Assembly: GCA_018817025.1 (NCBI GenBank)
Contig: JAHIUU010000003.1
Span: 16,854-80,853 of the forward strand
DNA: 64,000 bases
Origin: Candidatus Babelota bacterium
GTDB lineage: Bacteria; Babelota; Babeliae; Babelales; JAHIUU01
Direction: 5' to 3'
Part shown: piece by piece, positions 62,929 through 64,000 of the stretch
Position numbering within the stretch: position 1 is the stretch's first letter
Layout of the letters: every line of letters starts with the position of its first letter
Program-made: the position numbers and the translations under genes
Notes under the pieces: generated by a model
Seen by the model: only the letters and a program-made list of their open reading frames with translations
What the model was told of the DNA's origin: nothing
Databases searched by the model: none

Positions 62929-64000
62929 CTACCTCTGGTTTAAGATTTGTTGGTACCAATTTAGATACTGTTTTGTTTGTTTTTCAAGATCAAAGCGTTT
63001 TTCGGCATCTTTTCTTGCGCTAACACCCATTTGTTTTCGTATTGATTTATTTTGTGACAAAGAAATAATTTTTTGTGACAAATCAGCAGCGTTTTGTTGT
63101 TTATAAAGAATTCCTGTGTCTTGTGTTATTTGTTCTGGAATGCCGCCGACGTTTGTTGCAATAACCGGTAAGCCACAAGCGAGGGCTTCTAGTATTGAGT
63201 TAGGAAATGTTTCGGCTTTTGCTGGGTGGACATAAACGTCCGACAACTGGTAGTACTGAGCGACGATAGTATCATCATTGGTGTAGGGGATAAATTTTAT
63301 CTCGATATTATTAATTTTTTTCGGTTCAGCGGCTTGGCCTAGACATAGGACTATAATCTTTTGCTTGGCTTGTCGTTTCGATAGCTCGATAAGTGCTTTT
63401 TCAAGAGTTTTATAGTCTTTCCAGGGGTTGCTTTTAGTCAGATGGCCGACGAATAGAAGTACAAAGCTGTCTTGAGCGAGATGGAATTTTTCTCGAATCT
63501 TATTTTTGCTTTCTGTTGGTCTAAAGACGGAGAGATCAATGCCGTTATGGATTACTTTTTTTTCTATGATTCCGTGAGAGAGTATTGATTGGTTGACTTT
63601 ATTCATGAGCCATTGGCACGGGGTTGCGATATACAGTTTGCTTTTTTGATAGATTTCTTTTTTTCTCATCCAATTATATTTGGTTGAGTCTTGTCTAAGT
63701 GTTAGAGGGATAGATAGGTTAGGGCAGTCGTTGCAGCCTGTTTTCCACTTGGTACATTGAAATGAGTGGGCACAATGCCCCCCCAACATCCAGGCGTCAT
63801 GAAGCGTTAAGATTGTTGGGATTTTGGTGCTAAATTGTGGTAGTAGGCGAAGATCAAAATAGTCACCATGAAGATTGTGTGCGTGTAAAATATCCGGTTT
63901 TATTGGGCAAAGTTCAAGAAGTCTTTTTGTGCCTGAAAAATTAAAATTTTCGGTGCTTCTTATATACGAAAGAACGCTTTGTGGTTGAGCGATAGAAAGC
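62929..64000 (-). CDS. Family 4 glycosyltransferase (copy b), 5' end beyond the window
   Basis: The frame stays open from 63789 to the window edge ('...ILHAHNLHGDYFDLRLLPQFSTKIPTILTLHDAWMLGGHCAH...'). It is collinear with copy a. 'FPNSILEALACGLPVIATNVGGIPEQI'. Confidence 0.8.
   Translation of the reverse strand, partial: LSIAQPQSVLSYIRSTENFNFSGTKRLLELCPIKPDILHAHNLHGDYFDLRLLPQFSTKIPTILTLHDAWMLGGHCAHSFQCTKWKTGCNDCPNLSIPLTLRQDSTKYNWMRKKEIYQKSKLYIATPCQWLMNKVNQSILSHGIIEKKVIHNGIDLSVFRPTESKNKIREKFHLAQDSFVLLFVGHLTKSNPWKDYKTLEKALIELSKRQAKQKIIVLCLGQAAEPKKINNIEIKFIPYTNDDTIVAQYYQLSDVYVHPAKAETFPNSILEALACGLPVIATNVGGIPEQITQDTGILYKQQNAADLSQKIISLSQNKSIRKQMGVSARKDAEKRFDLEKQTKQYLNWYQQILNQR

Noticed and set aside
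1-64000. I searched by eye for tRNA/rRNA/tmRNA genes, CRISPR arrays, DnaA-box clusters (TTATCCACA), CIRCE elements, reverse transcriptases and toxin-antitoxin pairs.
   Set aside because: No T-loop (GGTTCGAATCC-like) context was seen in any spacer. No direct repeat has more than two units, no DnaA-box or CIRCE consensus was seen, and no RT (YADD) or recognisable TA motifs appear in the ORF set. An eye scan can miss degenerate instances.

Overview
This 64-kb chromosomal window comes from a compact, moderately AT-rich diderm bacterium using genetic code 11. Intergenic spacers are short and many genes share 4-nt ATGA/GTGA start-stop overlaps. I call about 65 protein genes and found no tRNA, rRNA or CRISPR array. 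The backbone is housekeeping and envelope genes: dtd (5' truncated), comM/yifB, acpS, skp-lpxD, prs, pth, two SurA/PpiD-like chaperones, valS, ybeY, murJ, a LolD-like ATPase, lon, rpsA-ndk, kdsA, nusB, efp, glyA and msbA. The less ordinary content is as follows. (1) A T2SS/T4P-like machine is split over three loci: PilO-like plus secretin at 0.3-2.3 kb, gspFGHIJK at 19.3-24.0 kb, and a PilM-fragment plus PilN-like pair at 40.1-40.9 kb. The slot after gspK holds a 508-aa MCE/MlaD protein with a long beta-rich C-terminal extension. (2) One IS200/IS605-type Y1 (RAYT-like) transposase is bracketed by inverted GC-rich REP-like hairpins. Another REP copy lies 34 kb away, and one copy supplies the stop codon of acpS. 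(3) An orphan HerA-like ATPase sits beside the transposase. (4) An ABC ATPase, a membrane-anchored purine-type phosphoribosyltransferase and an ABC-2 permease form a trio, and the permease's conserved N-terminus has no canonical start codon. (5) A signal-peptide-bearing F-box/LRR protein carries a PKRRKV nuclear-localisation-like motif. (6) An envelope cluster follows lolD-like and murJ: a 923-aa Asp-box-like secreted protein, a 423-aa beta-barrel OMP and two small paralogues. (7) A glycan (LPS/O-antigen-like) cluster of more than 11 kb has ten translationally coupled genes. It includes a GT10 fucosyltransferase-like gene, an aminotransferase/acetyltransferase pair and a duplicated GT4-GT2 module, and it runs off the right edge. 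Many secreted coiled-coil proteins have no recognisable family. The content suggests a host-associated (possibly protist-associated) lineage, but taxonomy cannot be established from this sequence alone. All function calls rest on motif recognition by eye; no database search was run.
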